This document shows, piece after piece, positions 24,999 through 33,856 of a stretch of 37,546 nt of DNA. The position numbers and the translations under genes are program-made. Positions within the stretch are counted from its first letter, which is position 1. Each line of letters starts with the position of its first letter. The notes beneath the pieces are model-generated. The model worked only from the letters and a program-made list of their open reading frames with translations, searched no databases and had not been told where the DNA came from. Source of the stretch: an uncultured Candidatus Actinomarina sp. (GTDB lineage: Bacteria; Actinomycetota; Acidimicrobiia; Actinomarinales; Actinomarinaceae); NCBI GenBank assembly GCA_964551955.1, contig CAZKFE010000001.1, positions 1 through 37,546 of the forward strand, read 5' to 3'.

Positions 24999-26279
24999 TT
25001 AATCTAAACTCTCCGAAAAAAGACTCCCTAAGAAAAAATAAAATATTACAGGAAAGTGTGCATTTTCCATTGAAGCATCAAATAAAGAAGTGATAAAAAA
25101 TGGTAGTGTGTAAATTAATATAGATTTATCTTTTTTCTTATATTTATATATAAATATCCAATACAAATATAAATATAAAAATAAATGAACTAACCCCCCT
25201 CTCGCATAATTGTTTACTAAGAAATTATGAACATTTTCATTTTTTCCATCCCAACCCTGTCTCTTTGGGTCATCCATAGCTGGAATTATTTCCTTATATC
25301 CTACTCCGTAAAAATAGGTCCTATCACTTATTGAGTCTTGTATCACATCCTGCCATATCTGGAGTCTCCAGTTTGCATTGCCATCATAGGAATAAATTCT
25401 TCCATCTTCAATGTACAAGAACAACCAATCATTATTTGCAACTTTTCTATTAGCGACAACAGGTATGACTTCCTCATATCCATAATCTAAGTCAGAACCT
25501 CGAACAACAGCGAGAGATGATAAGAAAAATAAAATTATAGAAATAAAAGCAATAACTATATTGCGGGAAAGAGATTTTCTCAGATACTGCTTATTATTTA
25601 CAAGTTGGAAAAGAACATAAGTAATAAATCCTAAAAAAGCTCCTTTACTTTTCCACATAACTAAAGGTAGGTATAGGGCTGAAAGAAAAATGAATATATC
25701 TATGGTTAGTCTTTTGTAAGGTAGTTTCTTTAAGCTAAAAAACGTAGCTATTACAAATACCATTACTAAATCTGCACCTTTTAGACTTTCTAATTTATCC
25801 GAGTTGTTTATAAAAAAATCTAATAATAGATCTGGTACATAAGTTACTGTTACAGAATTCAAATAGACCAGTAACGATACAAAAAATAAGACGTTTAAAT
25901 GTATTGTGTTTAACTCAACATAGTTAAAAATATAATAACCTACGTATAAAAAGCCTAATGTCCAGATGTAAGATGATGATTTATAAGTATAAGAATTTAG
26001 TAAAGATGAATTAGTTAAAACTGTAATCAAAAGGAATGAAATTACAATAGCAAAATGTACTCTTACTATATTCAGTATCTTCCTGAAAGAATCTGGATAA
26101 AAGAAATAACAAAAAAATACAGCAAGTGTCACTAACAAAGAACTAGCAACCAAGTATTCTCCTAATCTCAGATTAAATAAGTAAATTCCAACAAATGACC
26201 TTCCAAAAAGTAAAATAAGAACTATCAATATAAATGCACTATGAAATAAATAAGACATTACATTTTTATCTTTTATCAT
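24999..26279 (-). CDS. polytopic membrane protein, Wzy_C-type (O-antigen ligase/polymerase-like)
   Basis: 426 aa with about 10 helices and a large loop (RGSDLDYGYEEVIPVV...WRLQIWQD). NVHNFLVNNYARGGLVHLFLYL resembles the conserved H-N box of the O-antigen ligase family. Confidence 0.6.
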   Translation of the reverse strand: MIKDKNVMSYLFHSAFILIVLILLFGRSFVGIYLFNLRLGEYLVASSLLVTLAVFFCYFFYPDSFRKILNIVRVHFAIVISFLLITVLTNSSLLNSYTYKSSSYIWTLGFLYVGYYIFNYVELNTIHLNVLFFVSLLVYLNSVTVTYVPDLLLDFFINNSDKLESLKGADLVMVFVIATFFSLKKLPYKRLTIDIFIFLSALYLPLVMWKSKGAFLGFITYVLFQLVNNKQYLRKSLSRNIVIAFISIILFFLSSLAVVRGSDLDYGYEEVIPVVANRKVANNDWLFLYIEDGRIYSYDGNANWRLQIWQDVIQDSISDRTYFYGVGYKEIIPAMDDPKRQGWDGKNENVHNFLVNNYARGGLVHLFLYLYLYWIFIYKYKKKDKSILIYTLPFFITSLFDASMENAHFPVIFYFFLGSLFSESLD

Positions 26280-26282
26280 CTC

Positions 26283-27380
26283 TTACTTCTGCTTTCGAAA
26301 ATTTTTACTTAGAAATTTCTTAAAGTTAATAAAATAAAAAAAGCTAGTTTTCCTCAACTTAGAAATATTGTAAATAAAAAATAAAATTACTTTATTTTTT
26401 TCTACTCTCTTTGAAATAAACTTTTCTTTTTCACTTAATAAATGGGTAAAAAGTTCAAGAAATTCTTTAGACATTCGGTCTGAATTGTTAGAATAATTTC
26501 TTATCTCGTTTATATACTCTGAATAATTTTTAATAAAGATTTCCAACTTTGCTTCGAGATTATCATTATCAAAAACTAATCCCTTTCCAGAACAATACTC
26601 TGGAATACCTCCACTATTTATAAATAAAATTGGAAGTCCGCATTGCATAGCCTCAATATGATGATTGCCTGATGGTTCATTAATTGAACCTGTTATGTAA
26701 CCATCAAATAATTTTAATTTTTTCGCTAAATCAATGTCTGAAAGTGGCTGAACTACTTCTGTATTTCTAAATTTATAATTATTTGGTAGATTGCCTATAT
26801 ATGTAAAAGAAATTTTGTCAGCCCAAATAGAATCATCCAATAAATCATCAATGATTTTATAAGAATCAAACCCTTTCATCCAATTAGCACTCCAATGGTG
26901 AGTGACCAATTTAAATTTTGATTTTCCATTCCAGTATGCTTTTTCTTTCTGATTAAAAATTTCGATGTCTGAACCGCTTAAGATTACTTTTGAATCTTTC
27001 TTATCTAAACCTTTTTCATTAAATAGTTCTGATATCCATTGGCTTACATAAACTGTATAGTCTGCAAACTTGTTTGCTTGTATGATTTGTGTGTTTACAT
27101 TGTTTGTATTCTTTCTTTCATCACATTCATTAATACGGTGAACTATTATTGATTTTTTATTTACAAATTTTGAATAAAATAAAGCATCTAAATGATTAAA
27201 TGTTCCAGATTCAGAATTCTTTAATGGATTAATTATAAGAATAATATCTATATCTTTATCTTTTAAGTCATAAACAACGGAATTACCTTTTTTTAACAAG
27301 TAAGAAGATAGGTTTTTAACAAATAAATTACCTCCGCCATATGGGCCTTCTACTACTTTGGAGCCAATGCTAACTTTCAA
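26283..27380 (-). CDS. GT-B fold glycosyltransferase (GT4-like)
   Basis: TTG start overlapping the upstream stop by 11 nt. The N-terminus has GPYGGGN and the C-terminus has GSINEPSGNHHIEAMQCGLPILFINSGGIPEY (E-x7-E-like region). Confidence 0.75.
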   Translation of the reverse strand: MKVSIGSKVVEGPYGGGNLFVKNLSSYLLKKGNSVVYDLKDKDIDIILIINPLKNSESGTFNHLDALFYSKFVNKKSIIVHRINECDERKNTNNVNTQIIQANKFADYTVYVSQWISELFNEKGLDKKDSKVILSGSDIEIFNQKEKAYWNGKSKFKLVTHHWSANWMKGFDSYKIIDDLLDDSIWADKISFTYIGNLPNNYKFRNTEVVQPLSDIDLAKKLKLFDGYITGSINEPSGNHHIEAMQCGLPILFINSGGIPEYCSGKGLVFDNDNLEAKLEIFIKNYSEYINEIRNYSNNSDRMSKEFLELFTHLLSEKEKFISKRVEKNKVILFFIYNISKLRKTSFFYFINFKKFLSKNFRKQK

Positions 27381-28296
27381 TTGTTACTCTCGTAAATAAA
27401 TCAATAAATTTCTTAAATCCTTCGGGTATTGTATAATTTTGCGCTTGTTTGTAAGCATATTCTGTTTCTACCTTAGCTTTATTAAAAGTACTTACTTCAA
27501 AAATGGCGTTTTCATGTAGAACCTCTGGAGCAACGCCAACCTTTGTTGATAATATTGGGGTTTTTGTAATTGAACATTCTAATATTGCTTGGGGTCCACC
27601 TTCAACCCTTGAGGTAACTAAATATAAATCTAAAATATTATAAAGTTGATTTACAACATCTAATGAGGCCATTTCAAAATACTTATATGGTATGCCTATC
27701 TCTTCTAAATTATTAATTAAGTAGTTTCTCCTTTTGCCGGAAAGAATAACTTTTAATTTATTATTTTTTTTGTATTCTTCTTTAATCAATTCCAAAAATA
27801 TATCTGGTCCTTTTATAAGTTTTGGAGAAATTAAATCATGTCCTTCAGTATCTCTTTGAAAGCTTCCAACAAGATAGTCTTCTTTGCTTAAATCAAAATT
27901 TTCTCTTAAGTCTTCTTTTTCTTCTATTTCGAACCAATTATTTTGGTTAACCCAAAAAGGAATCGAGGTAATTTTTTTGTTGGTAAGTGTTGATAGCTGA
28001 GTTTTTGTTAATTCAGATATTACATGATACTCATCTACATATTGATCTAGGTTAAGAAAATTCTCTTTTTCTTTTTCTCCAAATTTATTAAAGTCAAAAT
28101 GGTAATAGGAACAAATAACTTTTTTCTTTTTTAAATGCCTCTTAGGTATTTTTTTCCAAACCCAGGGTGCTATTACCCAAATAATGTCTGCTTGTTTAAT
28201 TTTATTAGTTGAGATAGAATTGTTGAATTGATACCATTCTTCTCTTACCCTATCAACAATCCACGATTCATTGATTTTGCTTAAATATATCTTCAT
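27370..28296 (-). CDS. GT-B fold glycosyltransferase (GT4-like)
   Basis: LYLVTSRVEGGPQAILECSITKTPILSTKVGVAPEVL is the E-x7-E region. I prefer the ATG at 28296 (MKIYLSKINE...). The ATG at 28392 would overlap the divergent gene start at 28376 by 17 nt. Confidence 0.75.
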   Translation of the reverse strand: MKIYLSKINESWIVDRVREEWYQFNNSISTNKIKQADIIWVIAPWVWKKIPKRHLKKKKVICSYYHFDFNKFGEKEKENFLNLDQYVDEYHVISELTKTQLSTLTNKKITSIPFWVNQNNWFEIEEKEDLRENFDLSKEDYLVGSFQRDTEGHDLISPKLIKGPDIFLELIKEEYKKNNKLKVILSGKRRNYLINNLEEIGIPYKYFEMASLDVVNQLYNILDLYLVTSRVEGGPQAILECSITKTPILSTKVGVAPEVLHENAIFEVSTFNKAKVETEYAYKQAQNYTIPEGFKKFIDLFTRVTIES

Positions 28297-28375
28297 TACT
28301 TTGCTATTAAAACTAATCCTTTTTGGTGTATAGTTAGCATCTTTATTTATAATACATGTTTTAAACTGCTTATAT

Positions 28376-29347
28376 ATGAAAAATGTTCTCATAACAGGTA
28401 TTACTGGACAAGATGGGGTTTTTCTATGTTCTGAAATCTTAGAAAAACATTCTGATGTAAATATTTATGGAATCTCAAGAAAAAATGATAGCTCTACTTT
28501 TTTTAGTAAATTAAATTCAATTACTAAAAAAGAAGAAGGGCAAATCAAGATACTTAATATTAATCTAGAAAATTTTGAAGAAACAAAAAGGCTTATTAAA
28601 GACATAAATCCAAGTTTTGTTTATAACTTAACAGGGCCAAGCTCTGTTTATGAATCTATATTAAACCCTGAAAAAACTAGTTCACAAATAACAAATATTT
28701 TTAACAACCTAACAAATGCACTAGTAGAAAATTCTAACTTTTGTAATTTTTTTCAAGCTTCCTCTTCAGAAATGTTTGGTGTAAGCAAAGATCAAAAATT
28801 AAGTGAGACTTCTGTTTTTAATCCTAATTCTCCATATGCAAAAGCAAAATTAGAAAATCATTATAAAATATTGGAATTATCAGACAGGCATGAGTGGAAA
28901 ATTTCTTCGGGCATAATGTTTAATCATGAATCTCAATTTAGAGACAATGATTATCTTTTCATGAAAATTATAAATGGTGCAATAGACATAAGGAATAAAA
29001 AAATCCAAAAATTGACTCTAGGAAGTCTGGACTATATTAGGGACTGGAGTTACGCAGGAGATATAGCTAAAGCGATATATAAAATTAATAATTCTGGAAA
29101 AGCAAATACCTATGTTATTGGTTCAGGAAAAGGTCATGAAATTAGAAATGTTGTGGAAATTGTATTTGATGAATTCAATCTAAATATGACTCAATTTATA
29201 GATATTGATCAATCATTTCTTAGAGAAGGTGATCCTATATCTATTGTTTCTGACCCAACAAAAATAAAAGAAGAGTTAAATTGGTGTCCTGAGATAGATT
29301 TTGAAAAATTAATTAAAATTTGTATCCAATCTAAAATATACTTATAA
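28376..29347 (+). CDS. divergent GDP-mannose 4,6-dehydratase-family SDR (Gmd paralogue, substrate uncertain)
   Basis: It is colinear with gmd and keeps LITGITGQDGVFL, FQASSSEMFG (S-x-E), SPYAKAK (YxxxK), GIMFNHES and GSLDYIRDWSYAGD. The AAQSHV box is TGPSSV, and the RGETFVTRKI box is RDNDYLFMKI. Confidence 0.75.
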   Translation: MKNVLITGITGQDGVFLCSEILEKHSDVNIYGISRKNDSSTFFSKLNSITKKEEGQIKILNINLENFEETKRLIKDINPSFVYNLTGPSSVYESILNPEKTSSQITNIFNNLTNALVENSNFCNFFQASSSEMFGVSKDQKLSETSVFNPNSPYAKAKLENHYKILELSDRHEWKISSGIMFNHESQFRDNDYLFMKIINGAIDIRNKKIQKLTLGSLDYIRDWSYAGDIAKAIYKINNSGKANTYVIGSGKGHEIRNVVEIVFDEFNLNMTQFIDIDQSFLREGDPISIVSDPTKIKEELNWCPEIDFEKLIKICIQSKIYL

Positions 29348-30043
29348 ATTTAATTCTGGGCTTTTACCAGATCTTACACAATCAGCAAAATAATTTTGTT
29401 TGTCTAGGTGCTCTGTTGAAATAGTATTTTGTATGTTTAACATATACAAGGTCTCATTAATTGTCTTAATTCGATAGCCTGATTTAATTAAATCTGTAAA
29501 TAATTTATAGTCTTGGGCGTAATAAAAATTTTGGTCATATAATCCTAGTTCATAGAGAACATTTTTTTTAATCATCAATGTGCCGTGAATAAATGGGTTT
29601 TTTATTTTTATCAGAATTTTATTTGGAATATAGTATGACAATCCTGGCCTCTTTGTATTGCTGTTAATCAATGCTGACCTTGTTGTACAGGCATCTAACT
29701 TATTAGCAGCGATATAGTTAACTTGTTTCTGTATTCTTTCAGGATTGCTTATATCATCAGCATCTTGTCTAGCAATTAATTCACCCTTGGCTTTTTTTAT
29801 TAATTTATTAAGAGATTTTGTTAACCCTATATTTTCTTCATTCTCATAAACTCTAATATTCAAATATTCGTTTTCATACTTTTTGCATATATCTAATGAA
29901 GAATCTTCTGAGCCATCATCTATAATGAGTATTTCCAAATTTTTATAAGTTTGATTTACTAAACTATCTATCGAGGCAGTAATTGTTTTTTCGGAATTAT
30001 AAACACTTAAAATTACAGTGACTAAATCTTTTGACTTATTCAT
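29342..30043 (-). CDS. GT2 family glycosyltransferase (soluble GT-A type)
   Basis: VTVILSVYNSEKTI, LIIDDGSEDSS and ARQDADDIS form the standard GT2 motif series. 233 aa with no transmembrane helices. Confidence 0.85.
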   Translation of the reverse strand: MNKSKDLVTVILSVYNSEKTITASIDSLVNQTYKNLEILIIDDGSEDSSLDICKKYENEYLNIRVYENEENIGLTKSLNKLIKKAKGELIARQDADDISNPERIQKQVNYIAANKLDACTTRSALINSNTKRPGLSYYIPNKILIKIKNPFIHGTLMIKKNVLYELGLYDQNFYYAQDYKLFTDLIKSGYRIKTINETLYMLNIQNTISTEHLDKQNYFADCVRSGKSPELNL

Positions 30044-31184
30044 TTATAACCTTATCAAGTGTTTTTATTAAACTTTCTTCATCTAGGTAATCAGATATAA
30101 ACTCTTTGTTTTTATATCCCTGGTTTTGAATAATTTTTATATCATTTAAATAATTTAATTTATTTGTTAAGTCATCATAGTTCAGCTGTTCATAAGAAAA
30201 AGAATAACCATCAGGGAAAAATTCTTCAATTCCTCCTGCTCTCGGAAAGAATGAAGGTATTCCAAGAGATGAAGCTTCACATAGTAACATTGGTTGTCCT
30301 TCATATAGTTTTGTTCCAGTTACAACAGCTCTTGCTTTTGATATAATTTCTAAAACTTCTTTATTAGAAATTTCATTCATAAACTCTACTGAGGATTCTT
30401 TATACTTTTTATTTAAACTATTTAACAATGGTCCATTTCCAATTATTTTTATATTTATATTATTCAACTTGGATTTAAGAAATGATTTTATAAGCTCCTC
30501 CACCCCCTTCTCTTCAGAAATCCTTCCTGCGTAAACTATATAATTACTCTCAGGTAAATAAGTATTTTCAATATAAGAATTTATTAAATTTGGTAAAACA
30601 TGTATTTTCTTTTTTTGGATTCCAAGATTAGTTAGAAATTTTTTATGGAATTTTGTTAAAACTAATATATTTAAATTACTATTTTTAAGTACATTAAAAT
30701 ATCTTTTTCCATAAATAACAACCATTAATGACTTCAGGTAAGAATCAAGATAATATTTGTTAAAAATTCTAGCTCTATTTTTTTTCTGACCACAGGCATA
30801 ACAAACTTTACTATCCTTTAAATGGTTTCTATGAAAAAATGATTTTGTACAAAAGTATCTAAAATTATGAAGTTTAAGAACAGTCTTTATATTGTATTCA
30901 TTCAAAGTATCAAAAATACTAAGTGATCCATTAAACCAAGTATTGTGAACGTAAGCAATATCAGGTTTAAAGTCCTCAATTACTTTTGATAAGTGGCTAG
31001 CGCTATTTTTATTTTTACTAGTGAAGAAAAGGGGTAATCTACTTAAATAATTTTTTGTTTCATTTGAAAAAAATAAAGTCTCTACTTCGTAGTATTTCTT
31101 TAATATAGAAACCTCATTTTGTACAGCAATATCCTCTCCGCCGGTTTCTCTGTAATTATTGTGTATTAAAAGTATTTTTTTCAC
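30036..31184 (-). CDS. GT4 family glycosyltransferase
   Basis: GTG start. The N-terminus has GGEDIAV, followed by YAGRISEEKGV and VTGTKLYEGQPMLLCEASSLGIPSFFPRAGGIEEFF (E-x7-E). Confidence 0.85.
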   Translation of the reverse strand: MKKILLIHNNYRETGGEDIAVQNEVSILKKYYEVETLFFSNETKNYLSRLPLFFTSKNKNSASHLSKVIEDFKPDIAYVHNTWFNGSLSIFDTLNEYNIKTVLKLHNFRYFCTKSFFHRNHLKDSKVCYACGQKKNRARIFNKYYLDSYLKSLMVVIYGKRYFNVLKNSNLNILVLTKFHKKFLTNLGIQKKKIHVLPNLINSYIENTYLPESNYIVYAGRISEEKGVEELIKSFLKSKLNNINIKIIGNGPLLNSLNKKYKESSVEFMNEISNKEVLEIISKARAVVTGTKLYEGQPMLLCEASSLGIPSFFPRAGGIEEFFPDGYSFSYEQLNYDDLTNKLNYLNDIKIIQNQGYKNKEFISDYLDEESLIKTLDKVINE

Positions 31185-31217
31185 TAAAACTAATACTATA
31201 TATAAATTTTGTTATTT

Positions 31218-32132
31218 TTATACATTTGTTACTTCTTTAAACAATGGTAAGGAGAGCTTCTTTTCTGAAAGTAGAGAATTGATATCTAAAGATGTAATTA
31301 AACCAATTTTATGAAGTTTCTCATATTGGCCAATCCAACCATAAGTCCAAAACGAATAAAACCTAACTTTTTCATTATTAATTTTTATATCTTTAAAAAC
31401 TTTTTCAACTCCAGCTTGTACATCATACATATTTAAATCGTCAAAATAATATATGAATTCACTAGATAAATTATTCTTCACTATATTTTCATACTCACTT
31501 ATTATTCCCTCTTCAGAATGTAGAGCATCAGAAAAGATGACATTTATTTTACCTTTTAAAAGATTCTTAAATATTTCTGCACCTTCTTTACTCAAAACAT
31601 TATTTTTAAAATAAAATATTTCATTCTTTTCTTTTGAGTGAAAATATTCTTGATTGGAGGTTTCTTCAGTCATGCTTTTAAAATTATATTTATCATGAAT
31701 TGTTGTAATAAGATCATTCATGTCATAACCGTACAAAATTGACTCCTCAAGAAAGTTTTCTATTTGTTGAAAATTTTTAAAAACAGATGTCCCTATCTCT
31801 AAATAAATTGGCTTTTTGAAATTTAACTCCTTAATTAGTAAAACTAAGACATCTGTGTAGGTTGGAAATAAATCGATTTCATTCTTTAAATTAGAAAATA
31901 TATAGTTCTGAATTCCATAATTGTTATTAACGTGATCATACTCTCCTTCTGGTAAAAATTCCTTTACAGTTCTTAGGTGGTCTCTATTTTTTTTCATTAT
32001 TAAAATTAATTCTTCAGAAATTTTTCTTTTATAAAAAATTAAAACTAACTGTGTTAATCCGATAAGAGATTTTCTTTTCAGTTTTGTGAAATGATAGCTT
32101 ATAAAATCTAGAAAATAATTCTTCTTATTCAT
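31218..32132 (-). CDS. hypothetical protein, possibly a Methyltransf_24-like SAM methyltransferase fold
   Basis: YLEIGTSVFKNF and VIFSDALHSEEG...FIYYFDDL are arranged like YLEIGCDLNQTF / FIDGSHLIED...ILLDDV of the methyltransferase at 12192. The ATG overlaps the ABC gene stop by 8 nt. Weak by-eye call. Confidence 0.45.
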   Translation of the reverse strand: MNKKNYFLDFISYHFTKLKRKSLIGLTQLVLIFYKRKISEELILIMKKNRDHLRTVKEFLPEGEYDHVNNNYGIQNYIFSNLKNEIDLFPTYTDVLVLLIKELNFKKPIYLEIGTSVFKNFQQIENFLEESILYGYDMNDLITTIHDKYNFKSMTEETSNQEYFHSKEKNEIFYFKNNVLSKEGAEIFKNLLKGKINVIFSDALHSEEGIISEYENIVKNNLSSEFIYYFDDLNMYDVQAGVEKVFKDIKINNEKVRFYSFWTYGWIGQYEKLHKIGLITSLDINSLLSEKKLSLPLFKEVTNV

Positions 32133-33744
32133 CTATTCTTTCATCACTATCAGAAAGCTCATCAATTTTAATATGGTAATCATAACTATGAAGTTCGTCC
32201 GGATTGTGTGTTGAGTTTATAATCGTTATATCCAAGTCATTTATAATCTCGTAAATAACTTTTTTTGATTCAGAATCAAGATTAGAAGTAGACTCATCTA
32301 GTACTAAAATATCTACGCCATAAATAAGGGTTCTTATATAAGCAATCTTTTGCATCTGGCCTGAAGAAAGTGTTTTATTTGAAATTTTATTTTCTAAATT
32401 ATAATCATCTTCATTTTCGAATGTTTTGAACAACTTCAAGTGTTTTATTAATTCATCATCTGAAACTTCTTTGTTGTTGCCATATACTAAATTCTTCCTT
32501 AATGAATCATTTAAAATCATAGGGTTTGCACCAACATAGCCATATCTGTCAGAAGATGTGGTAACTAAACCATTTGTCGGATAAAGAACACCTGAAACTA
32601 AACCAAGAAAAGTGCTTTTCCCAGAACCATTAGGGCCCGTTATAATTGTGTGTTTATTTTTATAAATATCTATATTTAAACTTTTAAATGTATCTTTATC
32701 TGAATTAAAATAACTAAATGTAACATTTTCTAGCTTAACTGCAATATCTTCATCTGGATATTTTGTATCAATTATAAAGTTTTTTGAATTTTCCATTCCT
32801 CTATTGGATTCAATCTCAAATAATTTTTCAATATACACATGAAAGGCCGTAAGTATGTGAATATTCTTATTAAATATACCTAATGCCTGAAAAAGTCTAA
32901 GGAGTATTCCAATAAAATCAAAAGTAATATATTTCAAACCATTAAAAAATATTAGGAGAATAGAAAGTGAAAATAATGTAAAGAAATTTGGAAGTATAGA
33001 GTTAATAGTTCCTGACTTTACCTCATTAAATCTTGATCTTGAATATTTATCTAGTATTTCTTTATATGAATTTATCTCCTTTGAAACAAAATTTACTATC
33101 TTGATAAGAAAAAGATTATCTAAAACCTTTTCAACACCTTTACTTGACTCTTCAAAATATATATAAGCTTTATGAGCATGCTTTCTTCCAATTTTTGTTA
33201 ACAATAATGTCGGGATGATCAAAATTATCGATCCTAAGCCAAAGTAGAAGACTACTTGGGAGTTAGTAAAGAGTAAGTACATTGTAAAAATAACTATCTG
33301 TAAAAGGCTTCCCAGAAACAAAGCTAGGGTTGAATAAAAATACCCTACTTGATTAGATATTGTATTTACATAAAAATAAGCATCAGAAATTGAATAGTTT
33401 CCTTTTTTAAATATTTCACCTAACAAATGAATTCTTAAGTTATTTTCGATATCAAGCTGTAGCTTTGTTGTTAACCAAACCTGTAAATAATTTAGAAAAA
33501 ATCTAAGAAATATGGCAATTGGAAAAATTATATTATAAGAAAGAAGGAAATCTATGTATGCGTTCGTTATACCAATTTCTTCAGAAAATAATTTTGTAAA
33601 AAACAAAATTATTAAAATATCAAAAAATATAAGAAGATTTAAAACAACAGCTAAAGAAAAGATTCTTAACTTTTTATTTTTAGTCCTAGTTAGCTTAGAT
33701 ACAGTTAATAAATCTGAGATAAAAGTTTTTAATTTTGTAACCAT
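32125..33744 (-). CDS. fused TMD-NBD ABC exporter (MsbA / PglK-like half transporter)
   Basis: The N-terminal ~300 aa have six hydrophobic helices. The C-terminal domain has Walker A (GPNGSGKST), the ABC signature (LSSGQMQKIAY), Walker B (ILVLDESTSNLD) and an H-loop (NSTHN). Confidence 0.9.
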   Translation of the reverse strand: MVTKLKTFISDLLTVSKLTRTKNKKLRIFSLAVVLNLLIFFDILIILFFTKLFSEEIGITNAYIDFLLSYNIIFPIAIFLRFFLNYLQVWLTTKLQLDIENNLRIHLLGEIFKKGNYSISDAYFYVNTISNQVGYFYSTLALFLGSLLQIVIFTMYLLFTNSQVVFYFGLGSIILIIPTLLLTKIGRKHAHKAYIYFEESSKGVEKVLDNLFLIKIVNFVSKEINSYKEILDKYSRSRFNEVKSGTINSILPNFFTLFSLSILLIFFNGLKYITFDFIGILLRLFQALGIFNKNIHILTAFHVYIEKLFEIESNRGMENSKNFIIDTKYPDEDIAVKLENVTFSYFNSDKDTFKSLNIDIYKNKHTIITGPNGSGKSTFLGLVSGVLYPTNGLVTTSSDRYGYVGANPMILNDSLRKNLVYGNNKEVSDDELIKHLKLFKTFENEDDYNLENKISNKTLSSGQMQKIAYIRTLIYGVDILVLDESTSNLDSESKKVIYEIINDLDITIINSTHNPDELHSYDYHIKIDELSDSDERIDE

Positions 33745-33779
33745 AATTCCTTATAAATTAACCTTCTATCTAATAACAC

Positions 33780-33798
33780 TAACTAGATAAATATCTAA
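33780..33798. promoter_or_regulatory. inverted-repeat motif TAACTAGAT-AAAT-ATCTAA (candidate operator/promoter element), copy 2
   Basis: Arms TAGATA and TATCTA are separated by 2 nt. The motif lies 36 nt upstream of the ABC exporter start and shares the 9-mer TAACTAGAT and the 6-mer ATCTAA, in the same order, with 17463-17479. Confidence 0.2.
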
Positions 33799-33856
33799 AC
33801 AATAAAAATATTTAAAAATCCCTAATTAAAAACTAAATAATACAATAAAAGAATTT

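Noticed and set aside
28297-28392. Upstream ATG at 28392 for the GT gene
   Set aside because: It would make two divergent genes overlap by 17 nt at their 5' ends and add 32 non-conserved residues. The ATG at 28296 (MKIYL...) leaves a 79-nt divergent promoter region.
33745-33856. 112-nt spacer at the right island boundary, considered as a possible ncRNA or att site
   Set aside because: Apart from the TAGATA/TATCTA inverted repeat reported separately, I found no stable stem-loops, no tRNA-like fragment, and no repeat matching the left boundary (5054-5086).
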